The notes beneath the pieces are model-generated. The model had not been told where the DNA came from, did no database searches, and saw nothing but the letters and a program-made list of their open reading frames with translations. A stretch of 64,000 nt of DNA, taken from positions 416,001 to 480,000 of the forward strand of contig CAVYKI010000006.1 in assembly GCA_963769025.1 (NCBI GenBank), written 5' to 3'. The translations under genes were made by a program, and so were the position numbers. The stretch comes from an uncultured Verrucomicrobiae bacterium. GTDB taxonomy: Bacteria > Verrucomicrobiota > Verrucomicrobiia > Chthoniobacterales > Chthoniobacteraceae. Shown here piece by piece: positions 40,596 to 51,119 of this stretch; position 1 is the stretch's first letter, and each line of letters begins with the position of its first letter.

Positions 40596-42212
40596 CTATT
40601 TTCCTTCACGGGCGAGCGCCTCGGCGCGGCTGTAGTTCGCGCGGAAATGGTCGGCGAGTTCCTTGGCGAGCCGGACCTGGGTGATTTTGTCGGAGCCGCT
40701 GCCGACGGCTTTGGCGATGCGCGTGGAGACGGCCGTGTAATCGACAGCGCGCACATCCTCGAATGCGGTGAGGGCCTCGGGCGGGAATTTTCCTGTGCGC
40801 TGGCGGGCCTCGCACAGCGCCTGCCACGCGGCGGTGAGTTCGCGGTGCGCGTCGATGCACATCACGCGGAAGACGAAGGCGATCGTGCTGAAGTAGGGAG
40901 CGGTGCGGCGGCCTTCGTAGATGAAATGCTTGGCAGCCTCGTAGGGCAGCACGTCTGGGTCGCTGCGCAGCGCGCGGAATTCCGGGGCGTAAAGTTCCGG
41001 CAGCATCGGGAGGCGTCGCAGTGAATGCTGGCGCGGACCGCCGGGCGTGCCGGCTTTCCAGCCCCAGAGCTTCTGGCCGTCGGTCATCACGAACTCGATG
41101 AACTTTTTCCCCAGCTCCGGATGCCGCGCGCCGCGCAGCAGGCCGATGGGGTCGGTGCCGTAGGAGGTGCCGCCTTTCGCGTCAGTGTAGCCGATGCGCG
41201 ATGAGCCGTCGGCGCGGCGGACGGATTCGCTTTGGAAGCGTCCGTAGAAATCGATGGTCATGCCTGCGGCTGCTTCTCCGGCCTCGATATCGAGCGCGAT
41301 TTTCGAGGAGGAGTCGCTGAAGTAGCGCGCATTGGCGCCGATGCGCTGGAGCAGTCGCATGGCGCGGGTCCAGCCCTCGCCCGTGATGCGCTGCTCGTCG
41401 GTGCCGGGTTCGTCGGCGACGAGGTTCATCTGCTGCTGCACGAGCATTTCGAGGGCTTTGTTTGCCGAGCCGCTCTGGACCGGATTCGCGACAGCCAGTG
41501 TGCGGAAGTAGCGCGGGTCGGCGAGGTCGCTCCATTGCGTCGGGTTGGGAAGGCCGAGGCGTGCGAGCTGGTCGCGGTTGTACGCGATTCCGAATGCGCC
41601 GACGGTGGTTCCGATCCAGCGGCCTTTCTCATCGTAGTAGGGCTCGCCGCCGAGCATCGGCGGAATCGGTTTCCCGACGCCGAAGATTTCCGGATGCGCC
41701 GCGACGTAACCGCAGTCCACCAGCACTCCGAGGTCGGCCATTTTCCTGAAATCATACGAACCGCCGCCGAAGAACACGTCGAACCGGCCGCCCACGTTGG
41801 ACTCGAGAAAGGCGCGACGCGCGGCCTGGCGTGGCGTGTCTTCGGCGGGGGACTTCGCGGGAATCGTCCTCGGGTCGAGGAATCCGGACTCGACATCGTT
41901 GCCCCATTTTCTGTGGAGCGTGTGCTTCCAGTAGTTTTCGAATGCTGCGGTGTAGGCGCCGTTGACGTAGAGCGTGCTTTCGCTCGTGCCGCCGGGCGTG
42001 AGCCATTCGAGGACGACTGTGCGTCCGGTTTTTGCGCGATACCACTCGCGGAATGCCTCGCTGAATTCCGAGCGGATGGCCTCGTTGTGCGGCGTGATGA
42101 CGACGAGCGTGTCCTGGCCGCGGAGCCGCGCCTCGTCGCCGCGCGGGCGCATGAGGATCGGGCCGATGACGACCACGAGCACCGCGATGAGCAGGGCGAT
42201 GTTCTTGCCCAT
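40596..42212 (-). CDS. ABC transporter substrate-binding protein (Fe3+/polyamine class)
   Basis: LVVITPHNE, DVFFGGG, GIAYN, WSDLADP, TIDFYG, DPIGLLRGA. Confidence 0.85.
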   Translation of the reverse strand: MGKNIALLIAVLVVVIGPILMRPRGDEARLRGQDTLVVITPHNEAIRSEFSEAFREWYRAKTGRTVVLEWLTPGGTSESTLYVNGAYTAAFENYWKHTLHRKWGNDVESGFLDPRTIPAKSPAEDTPRQAARRAFLESNVGGRFDVFFGGGSYDFRKMADLGVLVDCGYVAAHPEIFGVGKPIPPMLGGEPYYDEKGRWIGTTVGAFGIAYNRDQLARLGLPNPTQWSDLADPRYFRTLAVANPVQSGSANKALEMLVQQQMNLVADEPGTDEQRITGEGWTRAMRLLQRIGANARYFSDSSSKIALDIEAGEAAAGMTIDFYGRFQSESVRRADGSSRIGYTDAKGGTSYGTDPIGLLRGARHPELGKKFIEFVMTDGQKLWGWKAGTPGGPRQHSLRRLPMLPELYAPEFRALRSDPDVLPYEAAKHFIYEGRRTAPYFSTIAFVFRVMCIDAHRELTAAWQALCEARQRTGKFPPEALTAFEDVRAVDYTAVSTRIAKAVGSGSDKITQVRLAKELADHFRANYSRAEALAREGK

Positions 42213-42215
42213 GGG

Positions 42216-43280
42216 CTACTCCGGCAGCACGACGACATCCGCGGGGTCCGCGCTGGCGAACAGCTGCCCGTGGTCGTTCCCGAATGCGAACTTCGGATTC
42301 AGCTCGAAAATCTTGAGCGTCTGTCCGCTCGCCGCGAACCGATATTGCGCCATCTCGCCGAGATAGACGCGCTCCTGGATCTTTCCCGAGATCGAGTTCA
42401 GCGGTGCGGCGGTGGTGGAAAGGCGCAGCGTCTCCGGGCGCACGCTGAGCAGGACTTTCTGCCCCGCCTGCGGCTGCCAGCCGTGTGCGACTGCGGAAAA
42501 TTCGCCCAGCGGCGTGCGGACCGAGACGGAGTCCGAGGCCGTGCTGCTGACGGTGCCGGTGATGAAATTCGTCTCGCCCATGAAATCCGCGACGAAGCGC
42601 GAGGCTGGCCGGCGATAGACTTCGGCGGGCGCGCCGGCCTGTCGGATGTGCCCGGCCTCCATGACGGCGATCCGGTCGCCGACGCTGAGCGCCTCCTTTT
42701 GATCGTGCGTCACGTAGATGGCGGTGAGCCCGGCTTCCTTGCAGATGCGACGGATTTCGCCGCGCATTTCGATGCGGAGTTTTGTGTCGAGATTGGAGAG
42801 CGGTTCGTCGAGCAGCAGGCAGCGCGGGCGGATGACCATCGCGCGGGCGAGTGCGACGCGCTGCTGCTGGCCGCCGGAGAGTTGGTTGATTTTGCGCGAG
42901 GCGTATTGGCCCATCTTCACGGAATCGAGCGCCGCGGCGACGCGCTTTTCGGTTTCGGCGCGTGCGACCCGCCGCTCCTCGAGACCGAAGGCGACATTTT
43001 GCGCGACCGTCATGTGCGGCCAGAGCGCGTAGCTCTGGAACATCATGCCCGTGTTCCGCCGGTGCGGGGGCAGGCCGGTCACATCTTCGTCGCCGAAAAA
43101 AATCCGTCCCCCGTCTGGCGGGTAAAATCCGGCGATGCTGCGGAGGAGGGTCGTTTTGCCGCATCCGCTCGGGCCGAGGAGGAAAAAAATTTCGCCCGGA
43201 CCGATTGTGAGGTTCAGCGAATGGAGGGCGATCGTGTCGCCGAAGCGCTTGGTGAGGTTGTCGATGCGAATGGAAATCAC
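42216..43280 (-). CDS. ABC transporter ATP-binding protein (FbpC/PotA-like)
   Basis: GPSGCGKTT, LSGGQQQRVALARA, LLDEPLSNLD, VTHDQ, TOBE tail. Confidence 0.93.
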   Translation of the reverse strand: MISIRIDNLTKRFGDTIALHSLNLTIGPGEIFFLLGPSGCGKTTLLRSIAGFYPPDGGRIFFGDEDVTGLPPHRRNTGMMFQSYALWPHMTVAQNVAFGLEERRVARAETEKRVAAALDSVKMGQYASRKINQLSGGQQQRVALARAMVIRPRCLLLDEPLSNLDTKLRIEMRGEIRRICKEAGLTAIYVTHDQKEALSVGDRIAVMEAGHIRQAGAPAEVYRRPASRFVADFMGETNFITGTVSSTASDSVSVRTPLGEFSAVAHGWQPQAGQKVLLSVRPETLRLSTTAAPLNSISGKIQERVYLGEMAQYRFAASGQTLKIFELNPKFAFGNDHGQLFASADPADVVVLPE

Positions 43281-43472
43281 GACCGTGGCGGCGTTTGTAC
43301 CGGGGTGGAACGCAATTGGCAAACGCCCATCCCGTCCGGTTCGCGAAGGCGCTCGCTGGATCGCGATGCGGCCCCGTTTTGCGCCGAACGAGCCGGAAAA
43401 GCGGAAAAATTTCGCACGCCTGTCTTTTTCCTCGCAAAAAGCATTGTGGGCTCGGTATTTACTCCCCTTGAG

Positions 43473-44651
43473 ATGATTCGCCGGGACTATTTGATCGTTG
43501 GTGCTGGTGCCGCTGGGGTAGCGGCCTGCGAGGCTATCCGCGCGATCGACAAGCGGAGGAGCATCATGATGATCACCGCCGAGCCGCATCCAGGCGTGAC
43601 TCGTCCGGACCTTCTGCCGGGAATTCTCGGCCAAAAGGGTGCGCCGATCGAAAAACTTCTCGAAAGGGATTCCGCGTGGTTTTCGCGGATGAAAGTGGAT
43701 CTGCGTCTGAACACGCTCGTCACGCAATTCAGCATCGAGCAGCGGGCCGCGGTGCTCGTGACCGGGCAGGCGGTGAAATTTGAAAAGGCGCTGCTGGCCA
43801 CCGGCAGCCGCGCGCGGCGTCCCGCGGTCGCCGGTGCCAATCTCGGCAACGTCTTCTACATTCGCACCGCGCGCGACCTTTCCGCGCTGCGCGAGGTGGT
43901 GGACTCGGAAAAGAACGTCGTCATCGTCGGTGGTGGATTCGTCGCCGTGGAAACTGCGGCGCTGCTGCGCAAGCTGAAGCTGAACGTGACGGTGATCACG
44001 CGCGCGCCGGCCGTGTGGACGCGGTTTTTGGATCTCGAAACCGCCACGTGGCTCACGAACTACCTCGCCGCAAATGGCGTGAAGTTCATGCTCGGCGAGC
44101 ACCTGAATGGCTTCGAGGGTCGCACGGTGCTCCAGCGCGTGCAGACCAAGAGCGGGCAGCGCCTGGATACGACCGTCGCGATCGTCGCGATGGGCTCGGA
44201 GCCGAATCTGCAGCTCGTTTCCGCCTCACCGCTTTGGTCGCAAAATGGCTGCCCGGTGACTGAGCGCCTGGAAAGCGACGAACTGGGCATTTTCGCCGCT
44301 GGCGACATCGCGCTGTATCCGAACCCCGTCCTCGGCGGGATGCGCCGCGAGGAACATTGGGACGCCGCGCTCGCGATGGGCCGTGTCGCCGGCCACAACA
44401 TGGCCGCGAAGAAGATGGTGAATTTCACCTACATCCCGTGGCATCAGAGCCGGATTTTCGACCTCGATTTCGACTTCGTCGGCGACTTCACCCGTCCGCC
44501 GACGCGCGTGGAACTGGAAGGTGACCGCAACAAGAAGCGGAAGTTCACGCTAAAGTGCTACCAGCTCAACAAGCTCACCGGCGTCGTCTTCTGCAATGAG
44601 GACGAGAAGAAGGTGAAGTCCGTGCGCGCCGACTTCGCGAAGCTGAAGTAG
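43473..44651 (+). CDS. FAD/NAD(P)H pyridine nucleotide oxidoreductase (ferredoxin-reductase-like)
   Basis: IVGAGAAG, LLATGS, IVGGGF, IFAAGDIA, EHW..A..G..AG.NM. Confidence 0.88.
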   Translation: MIRRDYLIVGAGAAGVAACEAIRAIDKRRSIMMITAEPHPGVTRPDLLPGILGQKGAPIEKLLERDSAWFSRMKVDLRLNTLVTQFSIEQRAAVLVTGQAVKFEKALLATGSRARRPAVAGANLGNVFYIRTARDLSALREVVDSEKNVVIVGGGFVAVETAALLRKLKLNVTVITRAPAVWTRFLDLETATWLTNYLAANGVKFMLGEHLNGFEGRTVLQRVQTKSGQRLDTTVAIVAMGSEPNLQLVSASPLWSQNGCPVTERLESDELGIFAAGDIALYPNPVLGGMRREEHWDAALAMGRVAGHNMAAKKMVNFTYIPWHQSRIFDLDFDFVGDFTRPPTRVELEGDRNKKRKFTLKCYQLNKLTGVVFCNEDEKKVKSVRADFAKLK

Positions 44652-44810
44652 CGGCGCTGGCGGTCGCGCTTGGGAAGGCGCGGGGTTTCGACACGCAGTC
44701 GTGGGGGTGGATTGAGGTTCCGAAGCGAGGTGCGGAAAAGAACGTCCTCCGCGTTCCTCAACGATCGCTCCGCGCCTCTGCGCTGAAAACGGCCTTTCTC
44801 CCTCGCCGAA

Positions 44811-46527
44811 TCACGGGAGCGCTTCGATCTTCAGCCCCTTCACGCGGAGTTCCGCGCCTGTGCCGAGAAGATGGAATGACGGCGAGACGCGGCGGCGGTG
44901 GCGCGGGTCTTCGACATCGAACTCCACATTCCCATCCACGCTCACGGTCAGTTTCCCGCTTTTCCGGAGCACCTCGATGGCATGCCACTTGTCGTCGCCG
45001 AGAGCGCGGGTGCCGGCCTTCACGAGGGCGTCCGTGGCAGCGCGATAGTCCACGAGCGCGATCGCGGACGGTCCGCCGAGGCTGAGCGTGATGCCGTGAA
45101 AGCCCGAGGAATCGCGTTCGCCGCAGAGCACGAGTTCCGCGGCGGCCTTTTCACCGCGGATGCGCACCTGTGCGGAGAGCCTGTAGTCGCCGGAGACCAT
45201 CTCGCTGGTGAGCGAGACCGGCTTGTCCGCGCGTCCGGTGCCGATGAGTTCGCCGTTCTCGACACGCCATCCGTCCCCGCCGGGAATCCAATTGTGCAGA
45301 TCGTTGCCGTTGAAGAAATCGTTCGCGTTCAACTCGGTGACGAGCATCGGCACCTGCTGTTTCTGGCGCAGGTAGAGGAAAAGGTCGCGCACGTCGGGCT
45401 CATGGAGCGGCGTGAGCAGGCCCTCGGGCATCATGCTCAGCGGGCTGACCTCGGTCGATGCGACATCCGCGCGTTGCACCGTGACGACCCCGCCGCCGAG
45501 CGTCTTCAGCGAGATCGCCCGGTCCGTGTCCTCGGTGACGATGCCTGCCACGATCTGTCCGTCCTTCGTCTTCACAAAGGTCTGCTGGTAGTCCTTCCCG
45601 ATGATCGCGTTTGGGTCGAGGATGTTGCTCAGCAGGTATTCGAGATCCTCGAATGCGCCCGGAAGCTCTGGACCGATTTTCCCGCCGGTGCCGAAGAGCG
45701 TGTGGCACGCCGCGCATGCCTGCGCGTAAAGCGCGCGCCCATGCTGCGCATCCGCGCGGAGCACGAGATCGGTGGTGACAAATTCGCGGTACTTCGCGAT
45801 GAGCTTCTGCTTGTCCTCATTGGGTGCCGAGACCGCGCCAAAGTTCTTCGCGAGCCATGCGTCGAGCGCCGCGTCCTTCAATCCCTGGAGCTGCCGTGCG
45901 ATCGGCGCCGTGAGTTCCGCCTTCGGGATCTTCCTGGCCTCGATGGCGGCTATGAAAACCTTCGCGCCAGCGGGTCGCGCGAGCATCGCCTGCATCGCCG
46001 CGCGCCTCTCCGCGCTGTCGAGCTTGGCAAACGCATCCGCGGCAGCCTGCGCGACGCGCGGATCGTCGTAGCCGGTGAGCCCGCGCAACGCGGGTTCCCG
46101 CAGCGGGCCGGGCTGGGTGACGAGTTGCAGCAGCGTGTCCAGCGATGCCGCATCGCGCTGTGCGACGAGCGCATCGAGCGCCTGCTTGCGGGCCGCGATC
46201 GGCGCACTTCGCATCCGTGAGCAGCTTGCGCATCTCGTCGAGCGCGCTGTCGCCGCCGAAAATCGCGGCGAGCGCCTGCGCGTGCGTGCGGACCTGCTCA
46301 TCTGGGCTGTCCTTGAGCTTCGCGTACACCTCGGGCCAGCCCTTCGGCTCCGCGATGCCGCGCTGGCCTTGCAGCGAATCGCGCATGCCCTTGAGGATGC
46401 TCGACTGCGCTGCCGGGACGGCGATTTTCCCGAGCGTGGAGACGAGCAGATCGAGCTTCGAGTTGTCCTGCGCGCCCGCCCCTGCTGCGAGCGCGAGCGC
46501 GATGACGAGAGCGAGCGTGCGCTTCAT
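44811..46527 (-). CDS. HEAT + PVC-type cytochrome c (CxxCH) + DUF1080-like secreted protein (indel near 46210)
   Basis: Signal MKRTLALVIALALAAGAGA, CAACHTLFG.GG.IGPEL, ILDPNA.I, SMMPEGL, FFNGNDL..W.VENGEL. Confidence 0.8.
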
Positions 46528-48335
46528 TTTCCGGCGGCGATGCGGCGCGTGATGAACTCCTGCACCTTCGGAATCTGGCAGCTCGCGAGCAGTTCCGCAG
46601 CCTTTGCGGTGTCGGCGGCGACGGCTGGCTCGGCGGCATACCAGAGCATGAGCGGGAGGTTCTGGTCGGTCGCATCCTCGGCATGCGAGGCGAGTGCGGT
46701 GAGGATGGGCCAGCGGTCGGCGATGGCGATGCGCTGCGCGGCGCTCGCGATGCGGAGGCGCACGAGCGGGCTCTTGTCGTCCTTCGCCAGTCGCGCGAAC
46801 TCGGCGAGCGCCGTCGCGCCGGGCTTGTTGTTTTCGCAAAGCGAGCGTGCATCGCCCAGCCGCGCACGTATTCGCTCTTGGCCGTCAGCGCCTTTAACGC
46901 CGTTGCCTCCGCCAAAGTGCCGCCGCAGTGCAGCGCCCAGAGCGCGCGGAGCTGGCGCGTGTCGTCGGCGTTCTCAAAAAGGATCTTCTCCAGCGCGGCG
47001 GTGCCCTCGGGTTTCAGTCCGCGCTCCTGCAGGATGCGCCGCGCGTGGCGCACGTACCAGTCGTTGGCGTGGAGCTGATACTGCACGAGTTCGGCCTCGC
47101 TCGCCTTCGAAAGGTCCACCTGCACGGGCTTCACGCCGTTCGTCGTGACCTTGTAGATGCGCCCGTTCGTGCGGTCGGTGAACTCGCGCTGCTGATGGCA
47201 CGGCACCTTGTCGTACCAGTCGTTGATGAAGACCGATCCGTCCGGCCCGTACTGCGGTGAGAGCCCGCGGAACCACTTGTCGCCGCTGTCCATGAAATCG
47301 CCATTGCGCTCGCTCTTGTAACCCGAGCCGCTGCGCACGACGCGCTCGTTGCGCTGCTTGTTCATGTGGATGTCGTGGAAGAAAAGCGTGTCGCGCCATT
47401 CCTTCGGGAAGAGGTCGCCGAGATAGACCATCATCCCGCAGTACGCCGCCTTCTCGTAGCGGCCCCAGGCGATCGTCTTGATGTCGTCGTAGGTGTTCGC
47501 ATTCGAAGTGCGGCCCGGCCTGGCGCTGATAGCGCGCGCCCTGGATGCACGTGCCACATGTGCGGGATCACGCACGCGGCGAAGAACGCCTCGCCGTGAT
47601 CGTTCCAGTCGACCCCCCACTGGTTGCTCGCGCCCTCGGCCCATACGCTCGAAGATTCTTCTTCGTCGGATGAAAGCGCCACACGCCGGCATTGATCGCG
47701 CATGCGCTCGGCCTTCGGCGTGCCGGGCTTGCCGACATTCGACAAAGTGAACACGCCGTGCGTGCCGTAGAGCCAGCCGTCGGGCCCCCAGATGAAATCG
47801 TTCAGCGTCTCGTGCGTGTCCTCGTACCCCCAGCCGTCGAGCACCACCTCGGGCTCGCCCGTCGAGCTTGTCCTCGCCATTCTTTCACCGGGAAAAAGAG
47901 GAGGTTCGGCGGAGCGCCCACCCACACGCCGCCGTGGCCGACCGCGATGCCGCTGGCGAAGGTGAGCTTGTCGTAAAAGACCGTGCGCTTGTCCGCGCGC
48001 CCGTCGCCGTTGGTGTCCTCGAAGATGAGGATGCTGTCCTTCGGCTCGCCGGGGCAACGGGGTAGTTCGTGTTCGTCACCACCCACAGCCGCCCGCGGTC
48101 GTCCTGCGTGATAGGCGATCGGCTGCACCACATCCGGCTCGCCGGCGACGACCTGCACTTTGAAACCCGGCGGCAGCTTGAATGCCTTTGCCGTGTCCTC
48201 CGGCGTCATCGACGGCGCGGTTGCCACGGGGCGGCCTTTGTCCTCGAGCGGACTCTTGGGCGGGGCCTTGCCGCCGGGAGGGATTTGGGCGAACGCGGCG
48301 GTGGCGGTGGCGAGGGTGAGGAGGAATGTGCGCAT
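46524..48335 (-). CDS. PVC-type membrane-bound dehydrogenase (beta-propeller + HEAT) protein, paralog A (multiple apparent indels)
   Basis: LPPGFKVQVVAGEPD, EDTNGDGRADKRTVF, DTHETLN..WGPDGWLYG, GPDGSVFINDWYD, DQNLPLMLWYAAE. Confidence 0.8.
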
Positions 48336-48495
48336 TGGGAGTGAAGCAGGATGGCCCGCGGTTTGCGCGGGCCTTAGCCGTGCGATTCATCGGAAACTGC
48401 CAGTGCGAAGTCCAGCCTCCGTCTCATCCGGTGATGTAGCCCGGCTCTTATCGGCTTGCTGGACACCCGCCGCGATCCCCGCCAATGCTCCGCGC

Positions 48496-50983
48496 ATGAA
48501 ACGTCTCCCCGCGCTTTTCTCCGCCGCGCTGCTGCTCGCAGGATCGGTCATTTCCTCGGCCGTGGATTCCATTCCGCCGAAGGCGGAGGACGGGCGGGTG
48601 CTGAACCTCGGCTTCGAGGACGGCACGCTGCGCGACTGGACGGCGTCGGGCGAGGCGTTTGAGAAGCAGCCGGTGAAGGGCGAGATCGATCAGGCGCGGC
48701 CGTTTGGAAAAGGGCGCACGGCGAATCGCAAGGGCGAGTTCTGGATCGGCGGCTACGAGATTTTGCGCGATGACCCGAAGGGCACGCTCACTTCGGCGGC
48801 GTTCAAGGCGGCGCAGCCGTGGGCGAGCTTTCTCATCGGCGGCGGGTCGCTGCCGGGGACGCGCGTGGAGATCGTGACGAAGGACGACGGCAAGGTGTTC
48901 CACACGGCGCGCGGCGTGAACAACGAGACGATGGCGCGCTCGGTCGTGGATTTGCGCAAGCTGCAAGGGCGCGAGATTTTCATCCGCATCGTGGACGAGG
49001 AGACGGTGGGGTGGGGGCATGTGAATTTCGACGACTTCATCTTCCACGCAGAGGAGCCGAAGTTTCCCGCCGAGCAGCTCGCGCAGAAGCCGGGGCCGAA
49101 GATCGATCCGAACTTGAAACCGGACGCGATCGAGTACGCCGGGCTGCCTGCGGAAAAGGCGGCGCAGGTCGCGACGGTGCCGGCGGGATATGAGCTGAAG
49201 GTTTTCGCGGCGGAGCCGGACATCATCAATCCCATCGCGTTCTGCATGGACGACCGCGCGCGCGTGTGGGTCGTCGAGGGCATGACGTATCCGCAGCGCG
49301 CGAAGACGGAGCCGGGCGCGCCGGAGTGGCTGGGTGGGAAGGATCGCATCCTCGTCTTCGAGGACACGGACGGCGACGGGAAGGCGGACAAGCGCACCGT
49401 CTTCATGGAGGGGCTGAATCTCGTGAGCGGGATCGAGGTCGGCTTCGGCGGAGTGTTCGTCGGCGCGGCGCCGAATCTCATTTTCATCCCGGTGGAAAAT
49501 TGGGACGAGCCAAAGCCGGGCAAGGCCGAGGTGCTGCTGAACGGCTGGGGCGGGCAGGACACGCACGAGACGCTGAACACTTTCAAGTGGGGGCCGGACG
49601 GCTGGCTCTACGGCTGCCACGGCGTCTTCACGCACAGCGTCGTGGGCAAGCCGGGCGCGGAGGAAAAGGATCGCGTGAAGCTGAACGCGGGCATCTGGCG
49701 CTGGCAGCCGCAGCGGAAGGAATTCGAGGTGTTCGCGCACGGGACGAGCAATCCGTGGGGGATGGATTGGAATGCGGACGGCGATCTCTTTGCCGAGGCG
49801 TGCGTGATTCCGCACCTCTTCCACATCATCCAGGGCGGGCGCTATCACCGGCAGGCGGGGCAGCATTTCGACCCGCACACTTACGACGACATCAAGACCA
49901 TCGCCGACCACCGGCATTTCCTCGGCGGCGACGCCGCACGCCGGCAACAACCGCAGCGACGCGGCGGGCGGCGGCCACGCGCACGCGGGCCTGTGCATCC
50001 CGCAGCACCCGAGCTGGCCCGACGGCATCCGCGGCAATGTGCTCATGAACAACATCCACGGCGCGCGCATCAACATGGACGTGCTGGAGCGCAAGGGCAG
50101 CGGCTACGTCGCGCACCACGGCGCGGACTTCATCAATTTCCACGACAAGGCGAGCCAGATCGTGGACATCCGCGAAGGCCCCGACGGGACGCTGTGGATG
50201 ATTGACTGGTATGACGTGAACCAATGCCACAACAACCGGCGCGAGGCGCATGATTACACGACGGGGAGGATTTTCCGGCTGGGGAAGAAGGGGCAGAGGT
50301 CGTCAAGGCAGCAGATTGGCAAAATGAATGTTGAGCGAATTGGCGAAGCCGGCATGTGGCGACGCATGACGACGTCTGGGTATCAAAGCGCGCAGTTCGC
50401 ATTCTTCAGGAACGCGCAGTGTCGGTGTCCGAAGTGAAAACTTGTCGGAAATCACTCGCGATACCTACGGAGGATGCCCTAAAGAAAATCAATCCTCGTC
50501 CCGCATACCCCGACGAAACTTCAGATCTGCGTGCGTCTGGCTGCTCTCATTCACAGCCTCGACGAGGCTGATCGGGGAGTTCTTGAAAAGGTCTGCGAAA
50601 GGACCACGCCAAGTTGCTTGATATATTGGCATTCGATTCGGTTTCGCTAGGTGAGTTCATTCGGAATGCCTGCGCAGCAGGCAAAGCCAGCGACGATCTC
50701 CGGGAGCTGCTTCTCTGTTCTTGGAAAGAAGGCGCATTCCCCCATCGTCCGCCTCGCGCTCGCGAGCGCGTGCCAGCGGCTCACGGTCGAGCAGCGCAAG
50801 CCCATCGTCCTCGCGCTGCTCGCGCACGAGGAGGACAAGGACGACCAGAATCTCCCGCTGATGTACTGGTATGCCGCCGAGCCCATCGTCGCCGCCGACC
50901 CCGCCTGGGCCGCCGAGGCGCTCGCCGCGTGCAAGATTCCGAAGCTCACCGAGTTCATCGCACGGCGGATGTCGGAGAAGTAG
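48496..50983 (+). CDS. PVC-type membrane-bound dehydrogenase protein, paralog B, with extra N-terminal beta-sandwich domain (indels near 49935 and in 50295-50720)
   Basis: Signal peptide, NLGFEDGTL..WGHVNFDDF domain, then the same motifs as paralog A; ends DQNLPLMYWYAAE..IARRMSEK*. Confidence 0.8.
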
Positions 50984-51119
50984 CCTCGCCGCCCGGCTTT
51001 CGGCCTGTCCACACGGCAAGTCCATCCTTCCGCTGCACTACCTGAAAAAGGCCCGATTGCGGCATACCGTGGCCAAGCTGGTCTTGCAGAGGTCTTCCCG
51101 CTCGGCCGGGATAGGGATT

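Noticed and set aside
50290..50737. Variable segment as a classical DGR variable region
   Set aside because: No reverse transcriptase or template repeat is in the window, the changes do not look adenine-restricted, and the segment is a HEAT region rather than a C-terminal CLec/Ig domain. A remote DGR cannot be excluded from this window alone.
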